Shown here piece after piece: positions 10,538-21,175 of a stretch of 64,000 bases of DNA. Source of the DNA: Microthyrium microscopicum. Taxonomy: Eukaryota. The DNA lies in assembly GCA_010405405.1 (NCBI GenBank), contig MU004231.1, positions 484,153-548,152 on the forward strand, in the 5' to 3' direction. The notes beneath the pieces are model-generated. The model saw only the letters and a list, made by a program, of their open reading frames with translations, was not told the DNA's origin and did not search any database. The number at the start of each line of letters is the position of its first letter. Within the stretch, counting starts at the first letter, position 1. The position numbers and the translations under genes are program-made.

Positions 10538-13500
10538 TCACGTCGGGATATCGAGTTCGATTCCCATTTGATCTCGAGTCCACGATTTGATAGACGCCAT
10601 TGATCGTGTGATGCCGTTATCATTGACAGGCCCACCATAACCAAAAGCTCCGTGGCCCGGCGAAGTCAACCAGCGGGTAAAGCAGCAGAGAACGAACAGC
10701 CAAGGTAGGATTCGCAGAAACAGTAATCCCAAGACTCGTTTGCCGCAGCGCTGGCCTTGTAATAGGGTCGCCAGAATTGAGGTGAGCAGAATTTCTTCTT
10801 GTGTTTTGCTTGTGCTGTGATTGCAAGGCTCTTGATCTGGTGAGTTGACGTATACTATCGCAACTGCACCATGGTTTGGGCCATTGAGTCCCGTCGTTTT
10901 GCCGTGGGGTTTACGCAAGCGTGTGTGACCTTTGCGATCAACTTCCACAATAGTCTCTCCTGGCTCAGAGCTGATGATGCTTTCATCGACACTTGAGACT
11001 TCGCTGCTTGGAGCTTCACTACTTGGCGCCTTGACACTAGGAGTTTGAGCACCAGAAGCTTCATCGCCTGCAGCTTCTGCACCACGAGCTTCATTGTTTG
11101 TAGCTTCAGCACCGGGATCTTCGTTGCCTGCTGGTGCAGCATCGAGAGCTTCATTGCCCGTAGCTTCAGCATCATGTACTCCATTCCCTGCGTCTTCAGT
11201 ACCAATATCTCCATTGCTTGCAGCTTCCTCAGTCGGAGATGCTGACTTGGAAGAAAGTGATTTTGCGCGATGCCCTTGCAGCTGCCCAGGCTCGCTAGAT
11301 GATGACCCATCACTCGAAGGGGAGCCCATAAGGTCATCAACACTAACCACAAACGGCGAGTATGAAGATTTATTGCCTGCAGCTCCCTCAGTAGAATGTG
11401 TTGGATTGCAAGCAGGTGAATTGGCGCGATGTTCTTGCAGCTGTCCAGGCTCGCTAGAAGATGACCGATCATTCGAATCGACACGTAGAATGTCATCGTC
11501 ACTGCTACCTTGTAGGTCCAACGAAGAGTTTAAGGTATGCTGAGGAGCTCCGATGACCGTTGTGAATTGCTCTTGATCTTTCAGCTGAGGCGATGTGGTC
11601 GATTCTGGTTGAAACGAGCGATTGTTCGAGTGATCTGCGTCGGCAGTATGCAAATCCAGAGCCTTCGTTTCTTGAATCACTTCCAAGTCTGGTGAGCTGG
11701 AGAGATGTCGTTCATGGTGATCGCTTGATCTCGACTCGGGTCTAGTAGCGCTTGTCTCTTCCGTTTCTTGTTTGGAACCATGAGCCTGAATGCCTTTGTC
11801 AACGGGGGACGGCGTGAAGCGGCTTTTGGCCCCTCCGGAATTACCCTGGGAACTGCTGGCAGAGCTATCGGGTCTACTATTGCCAAAACTGCTGTTGGCA
11901 CTGGCACGGGCGCTAGAAGAACTGTCGCTGGAATGATGATGAGCCGGAGGTTGAAAGTGAACTATTCTAGATGGAGCAGTGCTAGGACGCTGTTTGTAGA
12001 GAATGCTGAGACGTTCTTCATGGCGGGCATTCTCATGATCTTTAGGAAGGGTGCTTTGGCTACTATCCTGGGGACGACTAGCGCTTTGATTGTGATAACC
12101 TGGCACAACACGTTGAGGTTTGTAATCCGGCGGCGAGCTCGGAGGACTTGGGCTTGGAGTTACGCTTGGAGTTGTGCTTGGACTTGGCAGATATCCGGAT
12201 TTGACCTCTGGCAGTTTGAAACCTTGGCCTGGGTGGCCAGAGCTACGGGAATGTGAGCCAGCCTGAAGAGAAACATGACTCGGAGCAAGCCAGTTGGTCT
12301 CCATTAGTTCAGAATCGGGGAGAGGGATAAGTTCTGCCTCGATTCTCGGTGGGCTATCATTTCGGATTGCATCTGGCGGTTGGGGAATCTCCTCGTCAGG
12401 AGTTTTGGCTTGCTTGGGTCCATATTTAGTCTCTGGCTGGGCTCGATCATGTTCAGGTTTCGGTTCATCCAGGGGTTCAATCTCGTCGTCATCCTGAGGG
12501 TCATCGTCTTCCTTCATGGCAGCCAGCTCATCCTCAAGAGACATTGAAGAGGTGTTCAGACCCGACTCCTCAGTGCTCTTGAGTTTAGCGATTTCCTCTT
12601 CGCGAATGTATATCTGCTCCTCCAGCCGATCGATTGTGCGCTCGCAGTTTCTAATAAGGCTGTGTAAGCCTTCAACCTCCTCCTTAGCCTCCTTCTCGGA
12701 TGTTTCGTAGAGGTATATTCGGTTCTGGAGGATCTGAACCTCATCTTCATGGTCATCTTTAGCCTGCAACTCTGCTTCCAAATCCTTCTGAATGGAGTCT
12801 TTTTGTCTAGAAGTCTCTTCTTCGTTGGCCACGGCTCTCCTTGCTTCCTCTTTCAGTCGCTCCTCTTTGGCTGCGTGAATACGAGCATATTTCTCAGAAT
12901 CCTTGCTCAGTTCTCTCATCTCAACGAGATAACCGGTTTCATTCTCTTTGAGCTGCTGTATCAGATGTTCGTCTCTCAGTAAACGCTGCGCCTTCTCTTT
13001 CACTTCGTCTTGCAGTTCTTCGACACGTCTCTCTGCTTCGGCTCGTTGCTCTTCAGCATATTCGAGTTGTTCAAGCAAGCCTTGGTTTTCTCTCTGCAGC
13101 GAAATGAGCTCTAGTCTGAGGTTTTCGGATGTTGTGACATGCTCGTCTTCCAGATTACGGATACGCTTAGTGATGTCCACATCATTCGCTATTGGCATGG
13201 CTTCGGATGATTGCGAGCAATTCAATTCTTCTTCGCGTTCGTTCTGCAGTTCACTCACTTCGTCCATTAGTTCGTCTAGCTGTGTTTGGAGATCGTTGGA
13301 CTGTTTCTGGAGAGTGCTCTCGTTTTCCTGCCAGTCTTGCTCTTTCTTCTGCCACCCGCGCTCTGTTTTCTGCAAGTCTTGAACTTTAAGCTCCAACTCT
13401 TGGATTTTGCGACCCCAGTCCTCTCCTTTTTCAATCCACTTCAAATTTATGGCATCGAATGCTTCTTTATTTCTCTTCCGATTGTCCTCTTGGTCTTTCA

Positions 13501-14524
13501 ACCTCTGGTTCAATGCCTTCTCTTCGCGATCCCAATCTTGGGTTTTAGACCGGAACTTCGTTTCTAGCTTTTGATGAGCTTGCGACGACCTTTCCACAGC
13601 GAAGCGCAATTGATTACACTGGTTTATCTTTTCATCCAAAGCCGAGCAAAGATGATCTCTAACGAGATGCTTAATGTCGACTAATCTGCTCCGTGCTTCT
13701 TCGCAAGTCGGGGACAGGGATGAGTCTGCTGAATCGATTTTATCAATGTCGGAAATTGAATTGTCGAGCTGCTGGCCAATATAATTGAAATGAGCATTAC
13801 TGTGGGCAATCGATAGCACTGGTGCCTGACGTTTGCTTGCTGGAGACCCGTTGGGGCTAGTTGACGATCGATTGGTGTCTCTGGCTGGGTTTCGGGTGGT
13901 TGAGTCGTGATGTAAAGGCGGAGGTGTTGGATAATTCACCAATTGGATGGATTCATCGAGTGAGGAGGTCTGAGGAAGTCTCGCTTGACCTGTTCCTGAA
14001 AGGGTAGGCACGCTCGAACCGTCGTCTGGAATAGAAGGCACGTTTGGTGGGGTAGCGTTTGCATCTCTTCCTTCTCGTCTTAAAGAGTTTGGTTGTAATG
14101 TTTCATCCATCTGTCTCTCCTGCAGCTCCATGTTTCTTGCACCTACATTGCTTGGGTTCGCAGTGGACCCAAATGGATCCTCCAACCCTTGTTCGCCACT
14201 TTGTGAATAACGAAGGTCGTTCATCAACGATGTGATTGGTGTTTCCCTCGATCCTCTCGGTGATATTGGAGATACAGTATGTTGCGCAATACTGGCGGTT
14301 GCGCTGGTGTCAATGTTAGGTAGCCGATGTATGCCTAGTCCAAATGACAATGCCTGCTTTCGGCTGTTTGGAAGTGGTTTGAACCCATCAGAAGAGTTGC
14401 TTTCGTTATTCTGCTCGGGGGATTGGAAGGTTGACGGAGGAGATTCATATTCTTTGTCGCTGCCATAACTTGTCGAGTTTGTGCCTGTCGGACTCACTGG
14501 TGGGCTTCCTACAGGTGTCTCCAT
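10538..14524 (-). CDS. Large (~1328 aa) coiled-coil protein with disordered flanks and a C-terminal hydrophobic segment (tail-anchored, function unknown)
   Basis: Single uninterrupted ORF; first in-frame ATG at 14524 (the track uses GTG 14554). Central E/K/Q-rich heptad region, Ser/Pro-rich flanks, and VLGLLFLRILPWLFVLCCF near the C-terminus. Confidence 0.8.
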   Translation of the reverse strand: METPVGSPPVSPTGTNSTSYGSDKEYESPPSTFQSPEQNNESNSSDGFKPLPNSRKQALSFGLGIHRLPNIDTSATASIAQHTVSPISPRGSRETPITSLMNDLRYSQSGEQGLEDPFGSTANPSNVGARNMELQERQMDETLQPNSLRREGRDANATPPNVPSIPDDGSSVPTLSGTGQARLPQTSSLDESIQLVNYPTPPPLHHDSTTRNPARDTNRSSTSPNGSPASKRQAPVLSIAHSNAHFNYIGQQLDNSISDIDKIDSADSSLSPTCEEARSRLVDIKHLVRDHLCSALDEKINQCNQLRFAVERSSQAHQKLETKFRSKTQDWDREEKALNQRLKDQEDNRKRNKEAFDAINLKWIEKGEDWGRKIQELELKVQDLQKTERGWQKKEQDWQENESTLQKQSNDLQTQLDELMDEVSELQNEREEELNCSQSSEAMPIANDVDITKRIRNLEDEHVTTSENLRLELISLQRENQGLLEQLEYAEEQRAEAERRVEELQDEVKEKAQRLLRDEHLIQQLKENETGYLVEMRELSKDSEKYARIHAAKEERLKEEARRAVANEEETSRQKDSIQKDLEAELQAKDDHEDEVQILQNRIYLYETSEKEAKEEVEGLHSLIRNCERTIDRLEEQIYIREEEIAKLKSTEESGLNTSSMSLEDELAAMKEDDDPQDDDEIEPLDEPKPEHDRAQPETKYGPKQAKTPDEEIPQPPDAIRNDSPPRIEAELIPLPDSELMETNWLAPSHVSLQAGSHSRSSGHPGQGFKLPEVKSGYLPSPSTTPSVTPSPSPPSSPPDYKPQRVVPGYHNQSASRPQDSSQSTLPKDHENARHEERLSILYKQRPSTAPSRIVHFQPPAHHHSSDSSSSARASANSSFGNSRPDSSASSSQGNSGGAKSRFTPSPVDKGIQAHGSKQETEETSATRPESRSSDHHERHLSSSPDLEVIQETKALDLHTADADHSNNRSFQPESTTSPQLKDQEQFTTVIGAPQHTLNSSLDLQGSSDDDILRVDSNDRSSSSEPGQLQEHRANSPACNPTHSTEGAAGNKSSYSPFVVSVDDLMGSPSSDGSSSSEPGQLQGHRAKSLSSKSASPTEEAASNGDIGTEDAGNGVHDAEATGNEALDAAPAGNEDPGAEATNNEARGAEAAGDEASGAQTPSVKAPSSEAPSSEVSSVDESIISSEPGETIVEVDRKGHTRLRKPHGKTTGLNGPNHGAVAIVYVNSPDQEPCNHSTSKTQEEILLTSILATLLQGQRCGKRVLGLLFLRILPWLFVLCCFTRWLTSPGHGAFGYGGPVNDNGITRSMASIKSWTRDQMGIELDIPT
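11040..11466 (-). repeat. Intragenic repeats: degenerate ~30-bp tandem units (GAEAxxNEA) and a 43-bp duplication (11265-11307 / 11424-11466)
   Basis: Recurrent agcttcagcacc/agcttcatt units; SSSSEPGQLQEHRA and SSSSEPGQLQGHRA lie 159 bp apart. Confidence 0.7.
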
Positions 14525-16161
14525 TGCTTGGTCCTTTCTTGTGCCTTTCGTCACAATGGATCAAATTCCTCTTGTATATTTTAAAACTGAGCCTTGGGAG
14601 TCTTGAAAGGCGGTGTATCGGTCCATCCAGTCGGCAGATTGTTGAACTGTTAGACTATGTAATCGTTATTCCGGAAACGAATATCATCAGTGGCGCTCGA
14701 GTCCATTGCATTCCTGAATCCGGACCATCTTGGTAAAGAACAAAGAAATGGACAATGGCACAAAGAAATTGGCAAATTAGATATGTCTGTCCTCGAGGTT
14801 GCAACGCTGCAATGAGTCGAGTAAGTCCAAGCTGAAACTCAGGCCTGCAACATTCGCCTAGCCAGTCAATGTAACGAGCATAACAGAAGGCAAGAGATAG
14901 TTCACAGAATAAAGTAGTTAAATGTGTAACATGAAAATTGCTGCAGGGGATGTAGCGTTCGCAGGAAGATCAAGCCAGATCCCGTTCATCGTGCAGATTG
15001 CACTATGCGCATTCCGCCACCCAAAAGATTCCCAGCCTCAGGGTCCAACCTCCTTTGTCCGCTCCATTCAATTCCCTTATTTCCGTACTGAACAAATACC
15101 TTGAAAACAGGTTCATTTTTCTGACTCTGGGACAAAGAACATCGCGAAAACCAGGCCAGTGCAGATAATGCGAATAACAGAATATGAGGAAGCCCGTTGA
15201 TTATCTATGCTTGAGAAGTTGAGATTACGCTAGGCAGATGTGGCGTTAAAAATCTAATCAGATAAGATTGCCGCTCTATCACCACGCGTCGCGCGGCTCC
15301 GACCTGGAACTCCCAACTTCAACTTCAACCTCAGAGGATCTCAAAATATCACTCAGAACTCATAGAGGCAACCTGGGTAAATTGGGGCTTTTCTTTCATC
15401 TCACTTTACAGGGAGGTATTGCTACCAATATCATTAGCACAAAAACTTCTAGGCAATATGACGAGCCGAAGAAAGCTCCAGCAGGAATATCGCGCCCTCG
15501 AACAGGAAACCTTTGAGGACTGGATAAAATAATGGAATTATACTACATGAGAAAAAAGTCTCTTCCAATCCTTGGTGACCGTTCGATTTACCGGAAACCC
15601 AGGAACAAATAGCTACTGAGATATCTGGCCTCGGAACATGAGATTAGGACTGCGTCGATAGCAAAAAAACTACAACAGGAAAGCAGTCTCCCCGGGTACT
15701 GTGTTCAGCTACATTAGGGGTTAATAGCAGAAGCTATTACTATCCCGCCTACTAGATTCTCCTGTTGGTCGCGGGTTGCCCCTTGAAGTAGAAAACAAAC
15801 TGGCAAGCAGTTGGTTATTTTTCGTCCCAGACGCGACTCGAACATGAACACTCCTTGCCTCCAGTTAAATTAACGCCATGGGCCGACGCAGGAGTCAGAG
15901 TACGCTCAAATTCTACGACATGAATTGGACTTATCCAAGCAAAATTCTTGGTTTTGTACATATACTACTGGATTAATTCCTCCACTCAGCCTCAATTGAG
16001 TTTATTCCCACCGCGCTCTCAAAATTATCAACCATTTCTGGTCAACTATGAATTCTGCGGTATATTATCAACAGAATGATGCCATTTCCGGTTCAGTCTC
16101 TGAGGCGACGTGTTTGCTCAACCGATTGCTATCGACACTTTTTCTGTACGGCCGAAAGAAA

Positions 16162-18064
16162 TCAGAGCATATATCTCCAGGTTATGGCCTTGTCGCCCTT
16201 CTCGCTGAGCTCCAGCGAAGTGTACTGCGAGTCCGCGCCGTCTGCCATCCGCCTATCCCGCTTCTTGTTGATCGCAGTGTAGCTGACCATGAGTATGATA
16301 CATGCTATGATGCCAACTGAAATGAACCCGAGTTCTAGCGCGTGGCCAAGGATATAGCGCGGCTTATCTTTGTCGCGATAAAAGTTTGATGCCATGGCCT
16401 GAAGTACTCATTAGCAAAAAAGACGAACAATGGCCAGTTAGCATGCAACTTACTCCAGCCAGATTACCAATTCCAATTTGGAGCGCCATGCCAGCACTAC
16501 GTTTATAGCTTCCACTCAAGTTATTCGATAGCCAAGTGATCAGACCTGGAAATGATGGGTATATCGCACAAGCTGCAATGAAGACTCCTGCGTAAACGAC
16601 TTTAGGATTACTGGATCCACAACACCTGGACAAAGTTAACCAAAGTAATGATACGAGGGCTTAAAACTTACATGGCAAACCCAACAATCATCATGAACAA
16701 GAATCCGAGAATAAATGGACTTCGTTTCCCGACCTTATCTGAAGCATATGCCACCACGATTGCCAAAATGGCAGCCACTATATAGATTGGAACAGTCATC
16801 AGTTGCGCTTTGCTGGATGTATAACCCAATGACTTGATGATTGTTGGCAAGAATAGAGCGATTCCGTATAATGGGCAGACAATCTTGCTCCAGTCAGTAT
16901 CGTCCACGAAGTTTAGACTTTACTCACGCCCCACTGCAAAGCTAATTAGTCCGATACACCAAAGAGAGATTCGAGTGTCAACTCACATATACCACGATAG
17001 AGCACCAAACCTGCCAATCAGCAAAAGCCTGCCTCACATACTTCCACTTGAACTCCTCAGCCTGTTCAACTTGGGGCGCAGATTCATCCGCTCCTCGTAC
17101 CTGTCCTTGGTACTTGAGTCTGTATACCACAAACGCACGTTCCTCTTCCGTCAAAAACGTCGCCGTCTCCGGAAAGTCATGAAGTACGAATAATGCCATG
17201 ATCGCAACTAGGACAGTAGCTAATCCTTCGAGGATGAATATCCATCTCCAGCCTGCCACTCCACCTACGCCGTTCATTTTGCTAATTGCAAAGGCCAACA
17301 AGCCAGAAAACGCGCCAGCGATACTGGCTGCGCTAAAGAAGAGGGTTTGTCGAAGCTGGATTTCGTGCCGGCAATACCACATCGTGAGGTAATAAGCTAC
17401 GCCTGGGAAAAGACCTGCTTCTGCGACTCCAAGGAAAAGTCGTGCGGCTAGCAGCCCGCGGTAGTTTTGGACGATACCTGTTGTTGGTCAGAGACATGCA
17501 AGTGATTTAACTGGCGTTTTTGAATGCTTACCCATAAGAGTCATTACAGTTCCCCACACGACCTTGCAACTATCAGCACTACAGATTGAATGTATGTGGG
17601 TGTATATCAAACCATGATAAAAGGAAGCCATCTCGACGGACGCAGTCGTTTGAGCAATATATTTGACGGCAGCTCAAAAGCCGCATATGTAAAAAAGAAA
17701 ACCGTCAGACACATGTTGTATTGATTTGGCGTAAGTTTCAAATCGTCCGTAAGCCCTTCGATTTTCGCATTACCAATATTACCACCTGCCATATATTAGC
17801 GATTGTCATATCTTCAAAGCCTCAAGAACACTGACGATCCAAGAACGAAAGCAAATAAAGCGCCGCAAGCATAGGAATCAGCCTCAAATCCATCTTGCGC
17901 AAGATCTTCTTCTCATCCAAATGCGCAAAGCTAGCCAACGTTGGTCCAGCAGTCATAGCCAACTGATCGATGCGATCAATCTCCTCCTGGCGTTTACTTC
18001 CTTTGCCATGGGCAGTATCTTCCGGCGAGTCGAATTGATCGCCCTTTTCCTTGAGTTCTGCCAT
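16162..18064 (-). CDS. MFS transporter, anion:cation symporter family (Tna1/Dal5-like), 8 exons including a 6-nt micro-exon
   Basis: KMDLRLIPML..YLLSFLDRGNIGNAKI, GWRWIFILEGLAT and WLSNNLSGSYKRSAGMA motifs. Introns 17786-17835, 17563-17612, 17478-17531, 16934-16986, 16884-16927, 16626-16671 and 16399-16453 give one continuous frame. Confidence 0.93.
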
Positions 18065-18939
18065 TGTGGACGGTTGAAGTTGGACTTTTCGTTCACGGGA
18101 AAGATATTTCTAGCAAAGTTCATGAATCCACATATTGCTACCACCCATGTCGATATTATATGAAGCGCTAGGTAGGGGAGCTCAGCTACGCCATCTATTT
18201 AATCCCGCGAACATAACGACAATCTCACTCAAAACTTACAGTGATGAACCTGGTTTGCTTCTGAAAAATATGAACAATGCACGATGCCGTCAGGAAGCTT
18301 CCCCACATGTCACCCCAGACAAGAGCTCGCGTGCGTCTGGCGAACCACAAGAGAGGTATGTGAATACCAAGACTTCACTTGTCGATCACTAGGTCAGAAG
18401 ATGGTAGAAAACGGGGCGAATCAACTTGTCAATCTCTTGGCTTCAACGTCCAGCATGGGGGTGTAGCTGTAACAATATTACTTTTTGTGTTGGCGAACTT
18501 GACTGACATCGAAAAGCAGTTCTCATTCAAAAGCGGCTACCTCAAATGCTATCAGAACGAGATATGATTGAAGTAGAGATGGGCTTGAGGATTACGCTCA
18601 CGGCGGTCGTGTCCTTGACCAATGAGTACAAGCAATTGACATCGGAAATAAAACGCACCACCGAGGACTGACAGCAGAGGACTGACAGTGCCGTATCAAA
18701 GCCTCGCGGGCCATTATACCGAGCTGAACGGTCTAATGATTGACTCTAGGATTTAGTTTGCAATTACACTTTATACTACATCTTTGACGTAACACTACTT
18801 TTGCAAATCTGAATGCGGTCCATCTGAACTGAGGAGCATAAATACTACGTATTAGAAATATTCGCCATTCTTGATTACGTCCTCTTTCCAGCCCATACAA
18901 TCCCGAGCTGTGTCGTTGTAATAGTCGTCCTCTGGATCT

Positions 18940-19767
18940 TCATCCTCCCATTGCTTCCATCATAATGTCATCGTTCCAAGACTCTATTGCCGAATCAATA
19001 AAATCATCATCCCACCCAAAGGCCTTGCTATTTGATTGCCCATCATAACTAGGACTCTGCGACTGCTTGATCCGATCCTTTGTAGTTTCCCGGATCTGAA
19101 CTCGCCAAAATGCCTGTCCCCGCTTGCGCAGCTTAGCGTTGTAAACGCCATATAAACCTGGCAATAACTCAACGTCCTGCTTGCAATACTGCATGATTTC
19201 GGGCTTCAAAGGCCGCTCGTTGAAAACCTCATAGGAACCCCCTTTTTCAGGGGCAAACAATTGACAACCACGCTCTTTAGTAGCGCGCCATTCCATCTTC
19301 GCTACCGCAGAGATAGGGCTGTCTTTCTCAATACACTTCGCCAGGCCAGAGACAAATTTCCGTGAGCGTCCCCGAGATGCGAGCTCCATGAGCTGAAGAT
19401 CTTTGATGCCGTCAACAGAGATCTGGAAAAGACTGAATAGGGCATCTGAATCGTTGCGGATGTCGAAGACGACTTTGGGGATAGCTGAAGATTCCAGGAC
19501 AGTTTTCAGTGAAGTTCCGCTCTTAATAGTAGTTGAGAAGGCGGCTTCCCCAAGACTATGGATGTCGATGAGGTAGGTGTTCTTAGTGGGAGCGATGTAG
19601 AGCGAGAGAATAGATATGGAGCCGTGACGGCCTAAGGCAATTCCCTCCAAGTCGATGTATAGCGAGGGAGGATTAGTACCAAGGTTGGCAATGCTGTCAA
19701 GCAGAGGCAGAAGACTCGCTTCTGTGTCTATGAATGTGACATTGCTTTGAGCTAATGTAGTTGACAT
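18940..19767 (-). CDS. DEDD-type 3'-5' exonuclease, EXD1/Egalitarian-like; intronless, C-terminal tail possibly frameshifted
   Basis: LYIDLEG (ExoI), KVVFDIRNDSDALF (ExoII), DLQLME and RPL..EIMQYCKQDV (ExoIII) motifs. Confidence 0.85.
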   Translation of the reverse strand: MSTTLAQSNVTFIDTEASLLPLLDSIANLGTNPPSLYIDLEGIALGRHGSISILSLYIAPTKNTYLIDIHSLGEAAFSTTIKSGTSLKTVLESSAIPKVVFDIRNDSDALFSLFQISVDGIKDLQLMELASRGRSRKFVSGLAKCIEKDSPISAVAKMEWRATKERGCQLFAPEKGGSYEVFNERPLKPEIMQYCKQDVELLPGLYGVYNAKLRKRGQAFWRVQIRETTKDRIKQSQSPSYDGQSNSKAFGWDDDFIDSAIESWNDDIMMEAMGG

Positions 19768-19787
19768 ATTCGGTTATGAGCTCTTTT

Positions 19788-19888
19788 GAAGGTTGATGAA
19801 TTCTTCCCGAAGGTTGATGAATTATTTTGAAGGTTGATGAATCCTTTTGAAGAATGAGGAATTCTTTTGAAGGTTGATGAATTCTTTT
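19788..19888. repeat. Minisatellite, 5 copies of ~20-bp GAAGGTTGATGAATTCTTTT, starting 20 bp upstream of the exonuclease start codon
   Basis: Units start at 19788, 19809, 19829, 19849 and 19869. Confidence 0.9.
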
Positions 19889-20200
19889 AAGGTGTTGAAA
19901 CGACGATTGCGGTGTTGTAGGCGAAGAGGTTACCAGCGATGTAAAACTGAGGCCAACACGTTAGCTTTCCTTGCATAGGGAAGTAAGGAGTAATCTAAAA
20001 AGAGGGCTTTCTTCGCGTAGGGGAGAAGGATAGGAGATAAAGAAGATGAAAACTAAACACTGAAAACTGAACACTGATTGCTATCGGATAAGGTGATAAA
20101 GATATATAAATCTTGTATTGTGTCGATGAAAGCGGAGGACTATACAGGTTCCCTAGGACTATACAGGTTCCTACCAATATCAGTCGTTATCAACCATCCA

Positions 20201-21175
20201 TCAGTTCACATCCCATAGAACTTTCGCATCATCACGAAACAGCTTGTTCTCTAGATTCCGATCTCCTTCACACCACTCTAAGCACTTCTCCGTGAAAGGC
20301 ATCACATCGAACCCTCGAGACTGTGTATGAGGCCAATCCGAAGCAAACACCACGCCTTCCCCATTCCGCATCCTCAGCAACGCCTTTGTCAATCCTTCAA
20401 AGTCTTCGAAACCATCCTTCTTTCCATTCTGGTGTGAGAAGAGATATGGCCCGGAGATCTTGACGAAGACATTCGGATCCTCCATCATCTTGCACATCGC
20501 TTTCCAGCCAGGCGTATTATCTGTATTTAAGGGCAGATGTGCTGGCGACCCAAAATGCTCAAGCACAATCTTCACACCCAACTCGCGCACAATCGGCTGA
20601 ACGTGCTCTAACATTGCCATATCCGCATATAGTCCTATCGACCATGTCTTCAACGGCCTTAGTTTGTCCGCATATTTACGCAAGACGGTCTGTATTTCAG
20701 TTGCGGACATCTCTTTCTTAGACGACCGTAGATTCAATCGGACCCCACGGACTCCTAGATCGTGCCAGTGCTGCAGTGTCGAGACATCAATGTTGTCTGG
20801 ATCGAAAGACACGACTCCTCGACCTCCGTGAGTTTTCAGAGCCTCGAGGATCCAAGTATTGTTGGTTCCGTAGCCGGAGATTTGGACAAAGACCATATTT
20901 GGCAAACCGAGTCTCCGTGCATTGGTGAAGGCATCTGCAATGGATGCTTCCTTGGGGACGGTGGCATTTTGAGGGAACGGGTATCTGCTGGGCTCAATGA
21001 CATGCATGTGGCTGTCCCAGGATCCTTCGGGTGTAATGAGTTTGATGGAAGAGCTATTGTAGCGATGTTGACTGGCGGCATGGAAGACAAAAGAGGTGAT
21101 TGAGTAGCAACTTGAAGTTGTCGGTGTTGAGAGTTTGCGGCACACCAGCCGCCGCCGGCCAAGTGCTGTAATCAT
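20201..21175 (-). CDS. Amidohydrolase_2 family TIM-barrel hydrolase (2-pyrone-4,6-dicarboxylate lactonase-like)
   Basis: WDSHMHV, VFVQISGYGTNN, GVRGVRLN, VLEHFG, VFVKISGPY and FASDWPHT motifs. The start codon is uncertain. Confidence 0.88.
   Translation of the reverse strand: MITALGRRRLVCRKLSTPTTSSCYSITSFVFHAASQHRYNSSSIKLITPEGSWDSHMHVIEPSRYPFPQNATVPKEASIADAFTNARRLGLPNMVFVQISGYGTNNTWILEALKTHGGRGVVSFDPDNIDVSTLQHWHDLGVRGVRLNLRSSKKEMSATEIQTVLRKYADKLRPLKTWSIGLYADMAMLEHVQPIVRELGVKIVLEHFGSPAHLPLNTDNTPGWKAMCKMMEDPNVFVKISGPYLFSHQNGKKDGFEDFEGLTKALLRMRNGEGVVFASDWPHTQSRGFDVMPFTEKCLEWCEGDRNLENKLFRDDAKVLWDVN

Noticed and set aside
20137..20173. Short direct repeat ggactatacaggttcc x2 (and gaggactgacag x2 near 18663-18688)
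   Set aside because: Only two copies and no spacers; ordinary slippage duplications, not CRISPR or element termini.
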